Assembly: GCF_006345805.1 (NCBI RefSeq)
Contig: NC_042997.1
Coordinates: forward strand, 74,462,001 to 74,526,000
Reading direction: 5' to 3'
DNA length: 64,000 nt
Source of the DNA: Octopus sinensis
Taxonomy: Eukaryota
The notes beneath the pieces are model-generated. The model was not told where the DNA came from. It saw nothing but the letters and a program-made list of their open reading frames with translations, and searched no databases. The position numbers were made by a program, and so were the translations under genes. The number at the start of each line of letters is the position of its first letter. Positions within the stretch are counted from its first letter, which is position 1. Below, in pieces: positions 63,230-64,000 of this stretch.

Positions 63230-63485
63230 GGTGTTTAGGAATTCCCTGTTACATCAAGCTAAAAAATTTGCGCCAGCCTTTAAATCGTCAATGTGTTGCC
63301 GTCCATGATGAAGAGGTTTTGAATTCTTGCCATGGTGAGTCTACTGTTGTGAGAAAGAATCACCTCAAAACTTGGTGTTTAGGAATTTTCTTTTACATCA
63401 AGTTCAAAATTTTACGCCAGCCGTTAAACTGTCAATACGTTGCTGTCCGTCATTAAGAAATGCCAGCCATGGTGACTCTACTATC
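63230..63485. repeat. Diverged tandem duplication, about 143-bp period
   Basis: ggtgtttaggaatt...tacatcaag...gccagcc...ccatggtga(g/c)tctact occurs twice. Confidence 0.7.
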
Positions 63486-63804
63486 CTCAGACTTTATCCC
63501 TTCAAACTTTGGTTTCCAATATTTTTTTATTTTTATTCAGCTCGCAAGTTCGTCTGTCCCTTTTAAATGTTAGTGTTTTGCTGTCTGCCTTGAAGCAGAC
63601 CTTTCCGTTGTCACTGCATGATACTTATGAGTGATTTTTCAAAATATTTTCTTTCCCAACTTAATCAAGATCTTTTGTTGTTTATAAATAGGAGAGAGAT
63701 AGATAAAGATAGAGAGTAAGAGAAAGCAAGGGAGAGTCCGAGAGAAATGAAGAGTAAGAGAGTGGGAAAGTGAGAGAGAAAGGAGAGAGAAACAAAGAGG
63801 GAGA

Positions 63805-64000
63805 ATCATCATCATCATCGTTTAACATCTGTTTTCCGTGCTAGCACGGGTTGTACGGTATGACCGGGGTCTGGGAAGCCAGGAGGCTGCACCAGGCTCC
63901 AGTCTGATCTGGCAGTGTTTCTACAGCTGGATGCCCTTCCTAATGCCAACCACTCCTTGAGTGTAGTGGGTGCTCTTTTCATGCCATGGGCACAGGGTCC
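63805..64000 (-). mobile_element. RTE-family 3' tail
   Basis: (ATC)n gtttaac...ctggatgcccttcctaatgccaaccactc as at 27087 and 53979. Confidence 0.8.

Overview
AT-rich, microsatellite- and transposon-dense eukaryotic DNA; the SINE and LINE families look like those of Octopus, which is inference from repeat style. The only host gene found is a minus-strand axonemal outer-arm beta-type dynein heavy chain (DNAH9/DNAH17-like). Four of its exons (AAA2-AAA3) lie at 60167-59891, 17487-17205, 16623-16450 and 13835-13530 and splice in frame, with a 42.4 kb intron between the first two. Everything else is intronic and TE-derived. This includes a young Ty3/Gypsy provirus (430-6285; LTRs about 99% identical, TCTT TSD, tRNA-Trp PBS, -1 frameshift signal) and an older Gypsy. 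There are also L1-Tx1, RTE, R4/Dong-like and CR1-like LINEs, several Penelope-like (PLE) remnants, an IR/DR Tc1, mariner, hAT and piggyBac MITEs, Helitrons and SINEs. The most notable pattern is an excess of fold-back structures from 38 bp to 3 kb. Several are inverted PLE ends carrying minimal type I hammerhead ribozyme motifs. Other highlights are a doubly inverted RTE LINE and an ORF1-only 'half-L1' Tx1 with a 12-bp TSD. I found no clearly new gene system. All family assignments come from motif recognition by eye, with no database searches.
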